Virus record (IMG/VR): IMGVR_UViG_3300039016_000025
Coordinates: 1 to 45,876 of that record
Length of the DNA stretch: 45,876 nt
Direction: 5' to 3' (one strand)
DNA from: a virus
Below, one piece after another: positions 9,310 to 17,552 of the stretch (position 1 is its first letter; each line of letters opens with the position of its first letter). The position numbers and the translations under genes were made by a program. Below the pieces are notes generated by a model. That model saw only the letters and a program-made list of their open reading frames with translations. It was not told the DNA's origin and did no database searches.

Positions 9310-9920
9310 TTATTCCCGGTTCGCCAAGGCGTTATTGTAGTCGTCTATCGTTACTACCTCTAGCATATCGTAGACGTCTTGGACCCCATAGACCGTATCC
9401 AATTCATGCAACGTTGCCATGCGTTTGGACAGTAGCGTCGCTATGGGGGCCGAAATGTTCACGTATTCCGCGAACCCTTTTTGCTGGCCGCCGCCGGCCG
9501 GGAGCCTTCGGAGATTGAGTGGACGACGGCCTTCAAAAAACCCGTATGCAACTTCCACACTTCGGCCCGTAGCTTGATGCGGGTCGTAATCTCTTCTATG
9601 TCATCTTCAATGAGATTGCGGATAACGTGCGGCTTCGTGGGGTCCGGCATGATTTGAACGCACGACCACATTTCGGCTAGGAGCGGTTCCGCAACCTCCC
9701 ATTTCAGGCCGACAAGGGCCTTAATGCCCATTTCAGCCATTGCGGCCATGCCCATGCGGTCAAAGCCTGGCGGGACTTCCACACCGCCAGCCATGAGGGC
9801 CAGAAGCGCCCGCATTGCCCAGGATTCCGCCCGGCTGGCGGGCATTTCCGTAAGTACAAAAACCTTGCCTTGGTCCCGACCTTCGTCGGTAACGGTGTAA
9901 TTCGCTGTATTGCGTGCCAT
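9310..9920 (-). CDS. Frameshift-extended tail assembly chaperone (GT-like, about 203 aa, via -1 shift at 9537-9543)
   Basis: ORF 9310..9558 is in the -1 frame relative to 9459..9920. The two overlap across GGGTTTTTTG. Confidence 0.6.
9459..9920 (-). CDS. Tail assembly chaperone (G-like, zero-frame product)
   Basis: 153-aa ORF between the tube and tape measure genes. Confidence 0.7.
   Translation of the reverse strand: MARNTANYTVTDEGRDQGKVFVLTEMPASRAESWAMRALLALMAGGVEVPPGFDRMGMAAMAEMGIKALVGLKWEVAEPLLAEMWSCVQIMPDPTKPHVIRNLIEDDIEEITTRIKLRAEVWKLHTGFLKAVVHSISEGSRPAAASKKGSRNT
9534..9543 (-). promoter_or_regulatory. Slippery site for -1 programmed ribosomal frameshift (G_GGT_TTT followed by T_TTT_TTG)
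   Basis: Zero frame reads ACG GGT TTT TTG AAG. The -1 frame reads GGG TTT TTT GAA and stays open to 9310. Confidence 0.6.
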
Positions 9921-10024
9921 GGTGATACCTCTCCGTATCGTGAACCTCTCCTTGGTGATAGGTGCCCCGGGCGTGCGTCGGGAGAGGGCAACGCGGCTTT
10001 GTGGGCCTGCCCGGGGCTAACTGG

Positions 10025-10462
10025 TTACAGCAAGGAGCGGTTGACCGACTCCCAGGTAATGACGTAGTCGACCGGCTGCAAGACCTTTTGCGCGTCCGGA
10101 ATCTGCTTGGCGTTCGTCAGCACACCGCGGGTAAGCGTAAAGGATTCGCCGGTCGAAGGTAACGAAATGGAACCGGAGATATAGAACACTTCCCGGGCCG
10201 TCTTCATGGCCTGCACGATTGCGGCAAAAATGTCCTTGCTGGGGCTGTCAGCCTGCAGCGTAACGGTTTGCTTCGTGGGGTTGGGGACATAGCCCGCCGT
10301 CATACGCCCGTCGACGCCCATTTGGACCTCTGCCAGGTCGACCGCTTCCGTGGTGAAAGCCTTGTCGCTGGCGTAGCCCTTGAGTTGAACGGGTGACGGG
10401 AAGAGGCCCGCAACCACGATGGTAAAAACGCTGTTCGCGCTGGTGATAGTGGAATTGTCCAT
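10025..10462 (-). CDS. Tail tube protein (DUF3277-like)
   Basis: 145-aa ORF directly after the sheath gene. Confidence 0.65.
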   Translation of the reverse strand: MDNSTITSANSVFTIVVAGLFPSPVQLKGYASDKAFTTEAVDLAEVQMGVDGRMTAGYVPNPTKQTVTLQADSPSKDIFAAIVQAMKTAREVFYISGSISLPSTGESFTLTRGVLTNAKQIPDAQKVLQPVDYVITWESVNRSLL

Positions 10463-10477
10463 TTTGCTGGCCCCCGA

Positions 10478-11953
10478 TTACATAATGTCGATGGATGCGA
10501 CGGTAATCTTCTGCACGGCGCCGCCGTCCGTGTACCAGAAGTTAATTACCGGCGTGCCGCGGTTGCCGCGAACTTGGGCGCCCGGGTCAAGGATTTGCAA
10601 GTGATAGCCTTGCTGTTCGATGATGGTCGAAACGTCCAGGCCGGCGGCTTGGTTAACCTGCGCCTTTTGGGAAGCCGACATGCTGATGCCCGCACGGATG
10701 GCGCCGAAATTCAGGGCCGCCGTAATCGGGTCAATCATGGCCGCACGAATCAGGCTATAGCCGCTTTCGTTGTACGGAATCGACTTGACCTGAGTAAGCA
10801 GGGTCATAAGCGCAAGTTGGAATTGGCTGTTCAAGTAGACTTGGTCCACGAAGGTGTCCAGCCACTTCCATTTGCCGGTCATTTGGCCGTTATACAGGAA
10901 GTTGAAATTGTCATTGGCCGTCGCGTAGGCGCCATAGAAGCTATAGCCGTTCGCCAAGAGGTTGGCGGCAATCTGCTGGTCGGTCACAGTGGCCGTAAAG
11001 CCCGGTTGGGACTTGAAGGCGGCCGTAATGCGACCATTGGTGCGGCTAAAGTCGATGGACGCCACGGAGCCCAGCACGAAGGCCGCAAGCTCCTTGGTGT
11101 TGTAGACCGGGACGACGCCGTCGTATGCCGCGGTTTTCGCCAAGTATCCGAAGTTCGTAGTCGAACCGTTGATAATGGCTTGCGCGTCGGTGTCCCAAAC
11201 GATATAGGCGTAACGCTGATTTTGCGCGTTCGTCCAAACGGCAAAGTTAGTTTTGTCCGCGGTCACGGGCTCCCAAATGGTCATGAAGTCGACCCAATTT
11301 TGGGTTTTGCTCTTGACCATATCCATGCAGGTTGCCGGCGTATCAACGTCGTCGCCTTGGGAAAGGAGCATGCCGGTCGCGCTGGTCAGCTTGAGGCCGG
11401 CGGACAGGGTGCCGGTCGCTTCGGTCATGGTGGAAGCGGCGCCCGTGGTGCTGGAAGTCAGAATGAAAACGGACCTGATAGCGTCCCAGGTGACGGTCGG
11501 GCCGCCAGTGAAGCCGGCGGCAATCTTCGTGGCCGCGTCGCTGAAACTGGTAGCCGTTGCCAGGTTGATACTGGTCGACGTCTTCACGGTGCCGTTCATG
11601 GTTACAGTAAGGATGCCGGAAAGGGCTTGCAGTTGCGCCAGGGTCATGCCGACCAGGGAACCGGATTGCAGCCAGGCCGCACGGGCGGTCGCCACGAACG
11701 GCGCAAAAAGCAGGGTGCCGGGCTTGACGGTCGAATTATCGAAGCCCAGGAAGTAGGTTTGCGCTAGTGCGTACTCCGCGGAAGCGGGGCCGAAAAAGGC
11801 GCTTACGGCGTCCGCGCTGGCGAAGGATTGCACAGCGTTGGTCGGAAGGTATGCCGATTGGGAAAGCATGACGCCGTTAAGAGCCAGCGGATTACCGCCG
11901 GAACCAACGACGCCGGGGTTGACGACAACAATGTCACTGGCCGGGATAGTCAT
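10478..11953 (-). CDS. Tail sheath protein (DUF3383-like)
   Basis: 491-aa ORF with GAGGTG RBS. Sits between the connector and tube genes. N-terminus is MTIPASDIVVVNPGVVGSGG. Confidence 0.7.
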   Translation of the reverse strand: MTIPASDIVVVNPGVVGSGGNPLALNGVMLSQSAYLPTNAVQSFASADAVSAFFGPASAEYALAQTYFLGFDNSTVKPGTLLFAPFVATARAAWLQSGSLVGMTLAQLQALSGILTVTMNGTVKTSTSINLATATSFSDAATKIAAGFTGGPTVTWDAIRSVFILTSSTTGAASTMTEATGTLSAGLKLTSATGMLLSQGDDVDTPATCMDMVKSKTQNWVDFMTIWEPVTADKTNFAVWTNAQNQRYAYIVWDTDAQAIINGSTTNFGYLAKTAAYDGVVPVYNTKELAAFVLGSVASIDFSRTNGRITAAFKSQPGFTATVTDQQIAANLLANGYSFYGAYATANDNFNFLYNGQMTGKWKWLDTFVDQVYLNSQFQLALMTLLTQVKSIPYNESGYSLIRAAMIDPITAALNFGAIRAGISMSASQKAQVNQAAGLDVSTIIEQQGYHLQILDPGAQVRGNRGTPVINFWYTDGGAVQKITVASIDIM

Positions 11954-11987
11954 TTGTTCACCTCGTTAAATAAGTGGTAATCCGCAA

Positions 11988-12500
11988 TCACGGTGCCACC
12001 ACGTCGGCCGGCAAAATCTTGTTTGGAACAAGAACGTCGGCAAAGTCTTGGGGAACCGTAACAATTGGATTGTATTGCAAAGATGCCGTTAACGTCCATC
12101 GGCTTTCGTACTGCTGTTCCCCCGTAACAAGCGGGGCTTGAATGCCGTCGGACGTGTACAGCGGCTTAATGTTCGCCGGAAAATGCGAGAATCCCCAATG
12201 CGAACGGAAAGCGGTTTTCACGGTTTTGCAAAACTCGCTTGCTTGCTCCCCGTAAAAGTCAATTTGAACGTCGATGCGCGTCGGCCCCTTGATTGTGGCT
12301 GTGCTGTCGTCCGGTTGGTATTCGGTATCCGGAACGCTCAAGTCGACTTGGTTCAATTCGGTAAGCACGATGCCCGGATTTGACGGCATGGGAACCCGGT
12401 TAACTTGAGCCCGGACGATTTGGGCGGCCGGCACGAAGGGCGCCAGGAAGTCCGCCAGGGCGTCAATTACTTGGTCAACGGTAATGCTTGAACTGTACAT
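11988..12500 (-). CDS. Tail terminator / tail completion-like protein
   Basis: Track ORF is 11988..12578. Preferred start is ATG 12500 (MYSSSITVDQ), which overlaps the upstream TAA as TAATG. Confidence 0.5.
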   Translation of the reverse strand: MYSSSITVDQVIDALADFLAPFVPAAQIVRAQVNRVPMPSNPGIVLTELNQVDLSVPDTEYQPDDSTATIKGPTRIDVQIDFYGEQASEFCKTVKTAFRSHWGFSHFPANIKPLYTSDGIQAPLVTGEQQYESRWTLTASLQYNPIVTVPQDFADVLVPNKILPADVVAP

Positions 12501-12874
12501 TATGCCCCCGGCATTTGTAGAACAATGGCGGCCTTGGTCCAAGTGGGCCAGCCTTCCAGCACCTTGACGACAAGCCAATCTTGCCCGGCAATTTGGACAA
12601 TATCGCCGCCGGTTCCGTCCGGACGAATAACGCCCGCAAGATTGCCGCGCAAGTAGATTGCCCGGATGGTGCCTTGAACGTTGAGGCCGTCAAGCTGCTT
12701 TATATCGTTGGCGTCGAGGGCTTGAATCTGCCCGGGGCCGGTCACGGGGGCGGCGTAGCTGGGAACCTGGCGGCGGCCGGCGCCAATGGTATAACCCGTC
12801 GACCGCAAGACGGTAACGGTTTGGTTCGGGTTGACCGTGCTGGTCACACCATTGGCGATGCCGCGCAAGTCCAT
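12500..12874 (-). CDS. Head-tail connector / neck protein (by position)
   Basis: 124-aa ORF, translationally coupled on both sides. Confidence 0.45.
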   Translation of the reverse strand: MDLRGIANGVTSTVNPNQTVTVLRSTGYTIGAGRRQVPSYAAPVTGPGQIQALDANDIKQLDGLNVQGTIRAIYLRGNLAGVIRPDGTGGDIVQIAGQDWLVVKVLEGWPTWTKAAIVLQMPGA

Positions 12875-12877
12875 GGC

Positions 12878-13117
12878 TTACTTTGCGTCCTTGACGGGGG
12901 CGGGCTCAACTTCGGCCGGCGCCGTGGCTTCAAGGTGCGCCCCGATAGCGGCGGCCAGGTTCGCCAGTTCGTCCCGCGGCATTTCGATAAACGACGCCGT
13001 TTGGGCGCCATTGCTACGCACGGCCACGGTAAGGCGGTCGTCATCTTCGCGGTTGACGGAAATATACGCCGGGTTTGCGTTGCCGGCCGGGGTGTAAGCA
13101 AAAATATTGGTTCTCAT
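12878..13117 (-). CDS. Hypothetical virion-module protein
   Basis: 79-aa ORF, ATGA-coupled to the upstream gene. Confidence 0.45.
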   Translation of the reverse strand: MRTNIFAYTPAGNANPAYISVNREDDDRLTVAVRSNGAQTASFIEMPRDELANLAAAIGAHLEATAPAEVEPAPVKDAK

Positions 13118-13584
13118 GATTTGTTGACCTCATAGGCTACTGAATTGAGCATGTGCGAAGTATCAATAAGGGGCTTCGCAAACCCCTTGGCTTCTATGGT
13201 ACTCGGGGCCAGCGGGGGCGACTGAAGCTCGTTGATACTTTTTTGCAAGGCGCCTTTGATATCTTCGCCCATGAGGGCCAGCACACGGTCGCCGTCGTAA
13301 TCGGTTGCCTTTGCCAGCTTCACCATTTTACCCGGCCATGTGGGCGACTCCGCGGCAATCATTTGGCGGAAGAAAGGGCGGGGCATTTGAAAATAATTGC
13401 CCTCTTCGCTTTGAACGCCCTTGCCAAACTCATTCCAGAAGGCCACGGCGGCGACTGGCGTTCCATCGGGATACGTTGCGCCTTCCATGAAGCCGACCGC
13501 AACTTCCCCGCCGCCCATCTTGCGGGCGATATCTTCAAGGGCCTTCATGACCCCGTCGGCGCCGCTCAATACCTTGTCGGGCAT
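13114..13584 (-). CDS. HK97 gp10-like head-tail connector protein
   Basis: 156 aa. C-terminal PLAPSTIEAKGFAKPLIDTSHMLNSV matches the gp10-family pattern. Confidence 0.6.
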   Translation of the reverse strand: MPDKVLSGADGVMKALEDIARKMGGGEVAVGFMEGATYPDGTPVAAVAFWNEFGKGVQSEEGNYFQMPRPFFRQMIAAESPTWPGKMVKLAKATDYDGDRVLALMGEDIKGALQKSINELQSPPLAPSTIEAKGFAKPLIDTSHMLNSVAYEVNKS

Positions 13585-13970
13585 GGTATGTACCGCATGC
13601 CGCGCAAGCTGCTTGTCGCTTGCCAGAAGGCGGCCCCGTATTGGGTTTGCCGGAACCAGGCGCCGGAACCAGGCGTCGCCGCTACGTCATCAAAGGAAGC
13701 CGATACCGACCCCTCACTGGCTTGCGAAACGCGCCCCACGGGCCGCGGCATGCCGTCCGCGCTTAGAAGGCCGCCAAGATAGGCGACGTGCGCGGTCAGC
13801 ATGTTAAAAAGGGTCGCCCGGCGGGTAAGATTCTGCACGGGCGAATTGTCCGCATTGGACAGATACAAGCCGGCTTCCATGAAGCAGGCCGTAAGCGTAG
13901 CGTCAGGAACCGCCGCGAATTCGGGGTAACGCGCTTTGAATGCGGTCGGGTCGAATACAACGGCGGCCAT
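13566..13970 (-). CDS. DUF4054-like head-tail adaptor
   Basis: 134 aa. N-terminus FDPTAFKARYPEFAAV is typical of DUF4054. Confidence 0.55.
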   Translation of the reverse strand: MAAVVFDPTAFKARYPEFAAVPDATLTACFMEAGLYLSNADNSPVQNLTRRATLFNMLTAHVAYLGGLLSADGMPRPVGRVSQASEGSVSASFDDVAATPGSGAWFRQTQYGAAFWQATSSLRGMRYIPCPTRY

Positions 13971-13975
13971 TTCGC

Positions 13976-14314
13976 TTACTCCTTGGTATCAGCAACCTTG
14001 ACGCCCATAGCCTCTTGCGGCATGGCTTCAAAGCCGGTTTTTTCTTCATTCAATTCTTTGGCCTTGGCCTTGACCTCTTCGGTCGTGCGGGCTTCAAAGA
14101 TGGCACCGGACTTGATGGCCGGATGGTCCTTGTGGACGGTCTTCCAGGTTTCCCAAAACTCACCGTCGACCGGGGTCGTGGCGCAATCGGCGCCAATGAT
14201 GATTGCTTTGTTCAAGCCGGCAAGTTCCACTTTCTTGGACACGTCCAAGGGGTGGTCGAGAATGAGGCCGTGGGGCAGTTTGCAGCAAATCAGCACAGTT
14301 TTTACGGTAGCCAT
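13976..14314 (-). CDS. Hypothetical head-module protein
   Basis: 112-aa ORF directly downstream of the capsid gene. Confidence 0.5.
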   Translation of the reverse strand: MATVKTVLICCKLPHGLILDHPLDVSKKVELAGLNKAIIIGADCATTPVDGEFWETWKTVHKDHPAIKSGAIFEARTTEEVKAKAKELNEEKTGFEAMPQEAMGVKVADTKE

Positions 14315-14371
14315 GTTCGTTACTCTCCTAGATGGTGAAAAGCCCGGGAGCCGAAGCCCCCGGGTTGCTGC

Positions 14372-15415
14372 TTAGATTGCCAGCATTTGGGCAATCAGGA
14401 ACGGGCGGAAAATGACCGTGCCCCAGGTGCCTTGCGACTTCTTCTGCTTGAAACTGGAAGCGCCGACCACAATCGGATGCGCCCGCATTTTTTCGGTGAA
14501 GCCGCAAGACGCGGTGCGCTGGCCTTCCATGTCGTCCACAATCAGTTGGGCCAATTCGCCCGAAACGGTGGAGTATTCCGGCGCGGTCTTGATTGTCAGG
14601 TTGGGGAAATTCTTTTTCAGAATGTCCGCGACGTTGACGTTAAAGTCCGTGGTCTTGGTCAAATACACTTCCGAAATTGGCGAGATTGCCAAAGTCATTT
14701 TGGTATCGAGTTCGACCAGGCCGTTGGCTTGGGTTTGAAGCTGCTTGTACAGCTTTTGAATGTCGGCGTTAATTTCTTGCGCCGTAGCGTTCGCCCAACT
14801 GGTGCCGCCAGCGATTTTGGTAATCGGACTTACAGCGGCGGACAGGCCGGGGTCGTTCAGCAAGCCATAGTTTTGCAGGCCCGAAACGCCGAAGAAGTAC
14901 GTTTTGTTTTGGTACTTGTTCAGGGTCAGAGCGGACGCGATGTTGACGCGGTTGGCCCAATCAATACGGGCCAGGCCGGCGCGTTCCAGCTCACGTTCAC
15001 CCCATTGGGTCATGACTTGGTAATGGAACGACTGGCGTTGCGGGAAGTTGGAGTTCACCCCGGCATTACCGCTTTCGCTGTAATCGCCATAGGCGGACGT
15101 AACGCCCGTGGATTCCACGACCGGGAACATTGCCGTTTCGGTGGTCCAATCGCCCTTTTTGACTTCGTCGCCCACGATTTCGGCCGCCTTCATGGGCGAT
15201 ACCAAAACCTCAATCAGCTTGGGGTCGATGTAGGTCGAGAGGAACGCCGGAATGCCGGCATTGCTGGTGGTAATCAGGGTCGGCTGTGCATCGCAGGCGA
15301 AACCGTCTTGCGCGTAGCGAAGGCCCATTGCGGCGCCCTCCGCTTGGAAGTCGGCGTTGACGCCCATGAAGTGGATACCGGCACGGCCCATCAGAGCTTG
15401 GAGAATCGGGTTCAT
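14372..15415 (-). CDS. Major capsid protein (DUF2184-like, HK97 fold expected)
   Basis: 347-aa ORF in a DUF1073 portal / DUF2213 / DUF2184-type head module. Confidence 0.75.
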   Translation of the reverse strand: MNPILQALMGRAGIHFMGVNADFQAEGAAMGLRYAQDGFACDAQPTLITTSNAGIPAFLSTYIDPKLIEVLVSPMKAAEIVGDEVKKGDWTTETAMFPVVESTGVTSAYGDYSESGNAGVNSNFPQRQSFHYQVMTQWGERELERAGLARIDWANRVNIASALTLNKYQNKTYFFGVSGLQNYGLLNDPGLSAAVSPITKIAGGTSWANATAQEINADIQKLYKQLQTQANGLVELDTKMTLAISPISEVYLTKTTDFNVNVADILKKNFPNLTIKTAPEYSTVSGELAQLIVDDMEGQRTASCGFTEKMRAHPIVVGASSFKQKKSQGTWGTVIFRPFLIAQMLAI

Positions 15416-15427
15416 GCTGGTCGCTCC

Positions 15428-16114
15428 TTAAAAGGACATGACCGCCAGTTCACCGGATGCCGAATCACGGGAACAAGCAAAGTCGGTTTCAATGTAGCTG
15501 GTTGCCGTCGCGGCGCCGCTGGAAACGGTTTGCGAAACACTCAGCGTATAGGTGCCGGTACTGCCCGCGGTGCCGGTCAGTTGGGCGGTGATGTAAGCCG
15601 GGGTGCCGCTGGCTTGCGTGACCCGATCGCCAACACTCAGGGCGCCGGAGCCAACGGCGGAAACCGTAAGCGTCGTGCCAGATTGTGCGGCGGTGATGGA
15701 AGCGGAAGCGGGGGCGGACGCGGTCGGCTCAAAGCGGACGGAACCGTCTTGGAACTTGGCGTAAGCCTTTTCACCCTTGGCCGCGGCGGAACCATTCGCC
15801 AGGGCGTAGTAATCGCCGGTACGCATGAGCGTGACGGGGAAGCCGACCGGAATCAGGTTGCCGCTTTCGGCCAGGTAGGTCGAAATAAGCGCCTGTTGGT
15901 CGCGGTGAATGAAGCCGTCGGGTTTGCCGGTGCCGGTATTCAGCACGGTAACGCCGTCGGATTGAATCCAGGCGAAGCGGCCAACGGTGACGCCAGCGGC
16001 GCCAGCAACAAAGCCGCCTTCCGGGGACACGGTAGCCGCCCGGGGATTGGCCGAAGCGAAGTCGCCAGCGCAAGCCGGGGCCTGCTGTGCGTTAACTTGA
16101 GTTTGAAAGCCCAT
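15428..16114 (-). CDS. Head decoration / cement-like protein
   Basis: 228-aa ORF between the scaffold and capsid genes. C-terminal half is Gly/Ala/Thr-rich. Confidence 0.45.
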   Translation of the reverse strand: MGFQTQVNAQQAPACAGDFASANPRAATVSPEGGFVAGAAGVTVGRFAWIQSDGVTVLNTGTGKPDGFIHRDQQALISTYLAESGNLIPVGFPVTLMRTGDYYALANGSAAAKGEKAYAKFQDGSVRFEPTASAPASASITAAQSGTTLTVSAVGSGALSVGDRVTQASGTPAYITAQLTGTAGSTGTYTLSVSQTVSSGAATATSYIETDFACSRDSASGELAVMSF

Positions 16115-16129
16115 GGTATTTACCTCCTA

Positions 16130-17377
16130 TTATGCGTGGCTGAAACGTGCGGCGCCCGGGAACTTCGCGGCCAGGCCGGCGGAGTCTTGAGCAACATGCA
16201 CGGGCGACGCGACCTTGTGGGCGGCGGCAACCTTGAACAAGGCGCGAAGGGCCGGGGCACCTTCCACACCAGCGCGGTCGACCTTCATGTGGTCCAGGGC
16301 GAAGCCATAGACCGCGGCGGCGGAATCCATACCCATGACGTCGCCAACGACGGCGCGAACGTCGCGGCGGGCTTCTTCGGCTTCGCGCAATTCCTTACGC
16401 AAACCGTCCATGGCGGCGTCGACTTCTTCCTTCTTCATGCCCGGTTCCGGCTTTTCGTCGGCGGCCGGGGCAGCCAGAAGACCGCAAGCGGCTTCAAGCG
16501 TGGCGTCGTCAACCTTGCCGGCCAGGAGGGCGCGAAGCTTGTCGGCGGGCGATTCGTCCGCGGCGGCGGCCGGGGTTTCGACCGGCTTCGGGTCTTGCTC
16601 CACGTCCAGAATTGCGTCGAGAACGGCGTCGAGTTGATTGGAGTCGATGGACGCGTCGAGGGCCAGCAGCTTGGCCTTAACATCATCCTTCTTGAAGGTC
16701 TTGCGGTTGGCATTGCCTACCAGCGCCGGCAAGGCGGAATCCGCCGCAAGCACAGGAGAGGCCGCGCACAATGCCGCAAAGAGGGCTTTGCCCAGCTTGC
16801 TCATTTTCATGGCGGATTCCTTGAGTATGAAAGGGTTTCGGTCGGCCACTACCACGTCGGACCCGGCACGGCCAACCTCAACTAATGCCAGGTGATTGCC
16901 CTGTATTTCCGTCATGCGTCCGTCGTAGGGCTGGCCTTCAAATTCGCCGGGCTCCATAACGGGTACGTAACGATACGCACAGGATAATTCGCGTACTTTA
17001 TCAGTTTCTATGCCCGCGATGGCCGTCGCGTCCCAAACACAAAGGTCGGCGTCGAGATACGGGGCCGTAAAAACAACTTCGGAGCCGATGGCGCCGACGA
17101 CCAAATCAGGCCGCGGGGCTTCAACGGTAACGGGTACATGCTCGGAAAGAATGGGGAGCCGGGCGAATGTGGCCGCCCCGCGCTCCAATTCCACAGGGTC
17201 GCGGAACAAGCGGTAAACCGTATCCGGCTGCAGGCCCAAGGCTTCATAGCCCGGAATCTCCTTGCCGTAATACGGGTTGACCGTGGCCTTTGAAATATGG
17301 GAGCGGTCGACGTGAAGCCGTCCGTCGGCATCAATCCGGCGGGCGCTTCGGTCAAAGGCTAATTTCATGGTCGGCAT
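16130..17377 (-). CDS. Prohead scaffold/protease-like protein (DUF2213-like)
   Basis: 415 aa. The N-terminal domain RIDADGRLHVDRSHISKATVNPYYGKEIP matches the DUF2213 pattern. The C-terminal tail is Ala/Asp/Glu-rich and helical, as in scaffold proteins. Confidence 0.65.
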   Translation of the reverse strand: MPTMKLAFDRSARRIDADGRLHVDRSHISKATVNPYYGKEIPGYEALGLQPDTVYRLFRDPVELERGAATFARLPILSEHVPVTVEAPRPDLVVGAIGSEVVFTAPYLDADLCVWDATAIAGIETDKVRELSCAYRYVPVMEPGEFEGQPYDGRMTEIQGNHLALVEVGRAGSDVVVADRNPFILKESAMKMSKLGKALFAALCAASPVLAADSALPALVGNANRKTFKKDDVKAKLLALDASIDSNQLDAVLDAILDVEQDPKPVETPAAAADESPADKLRALLAGKVDDATLEAACGLLAAPAADEKPEPGMKKEEVDAAMDGLRKELREAEEARRDVRAVVGDVMGMDSAAAVYGFALDHMKVDRAGVEGAPALRALFKVAAAHKVASPVHVAQDSAGLAAKFPGAARFSHA

Positions 17378-17552
17378 AATGTTGGATTATGAGCATTAAA
17401 GGCTGTAGGCGCAATATATACCGTACCAGTCACCAGGCGGAAGGTCGAAATACGTCGCCGCTCCGCTGGCCGTCCAGTAAAACGGCCAACTTAGTTGCAT
17501 GCGTAAATTTATGGTCATCGTGCTGAGATTGTCGAAATTTGAATCGAGGGGA

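Noticed and set aside
9921-10024. Structured GC-rich gap between the tube and chaperone genes (ccccgggc ... gcccgggg inverted repeat), considered as a terminator or riboswitch.
   Set aside because: The loop is long (about 37 nt) and there is no T-run. It is probably just a partial attenuator or mRNA-stability element, with too little evidence to call.
14387-16885. 832-aa plus-strand ORF spanning the capsid, decoration and scaffold region. Similar long antisense ORFs lie at 10574-11767, 7772-8803, 8412-9518, 27483-28292, 40511-41287 and 1059-1808.
   Set aside because: Their translations are low-complexity and rich in Arg, Gly and Ala, with no motifs. They lie antisense to ORFs with clear phage-family signatures, RBSs and translational coupling. 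This is the usual artefact of high GC content.
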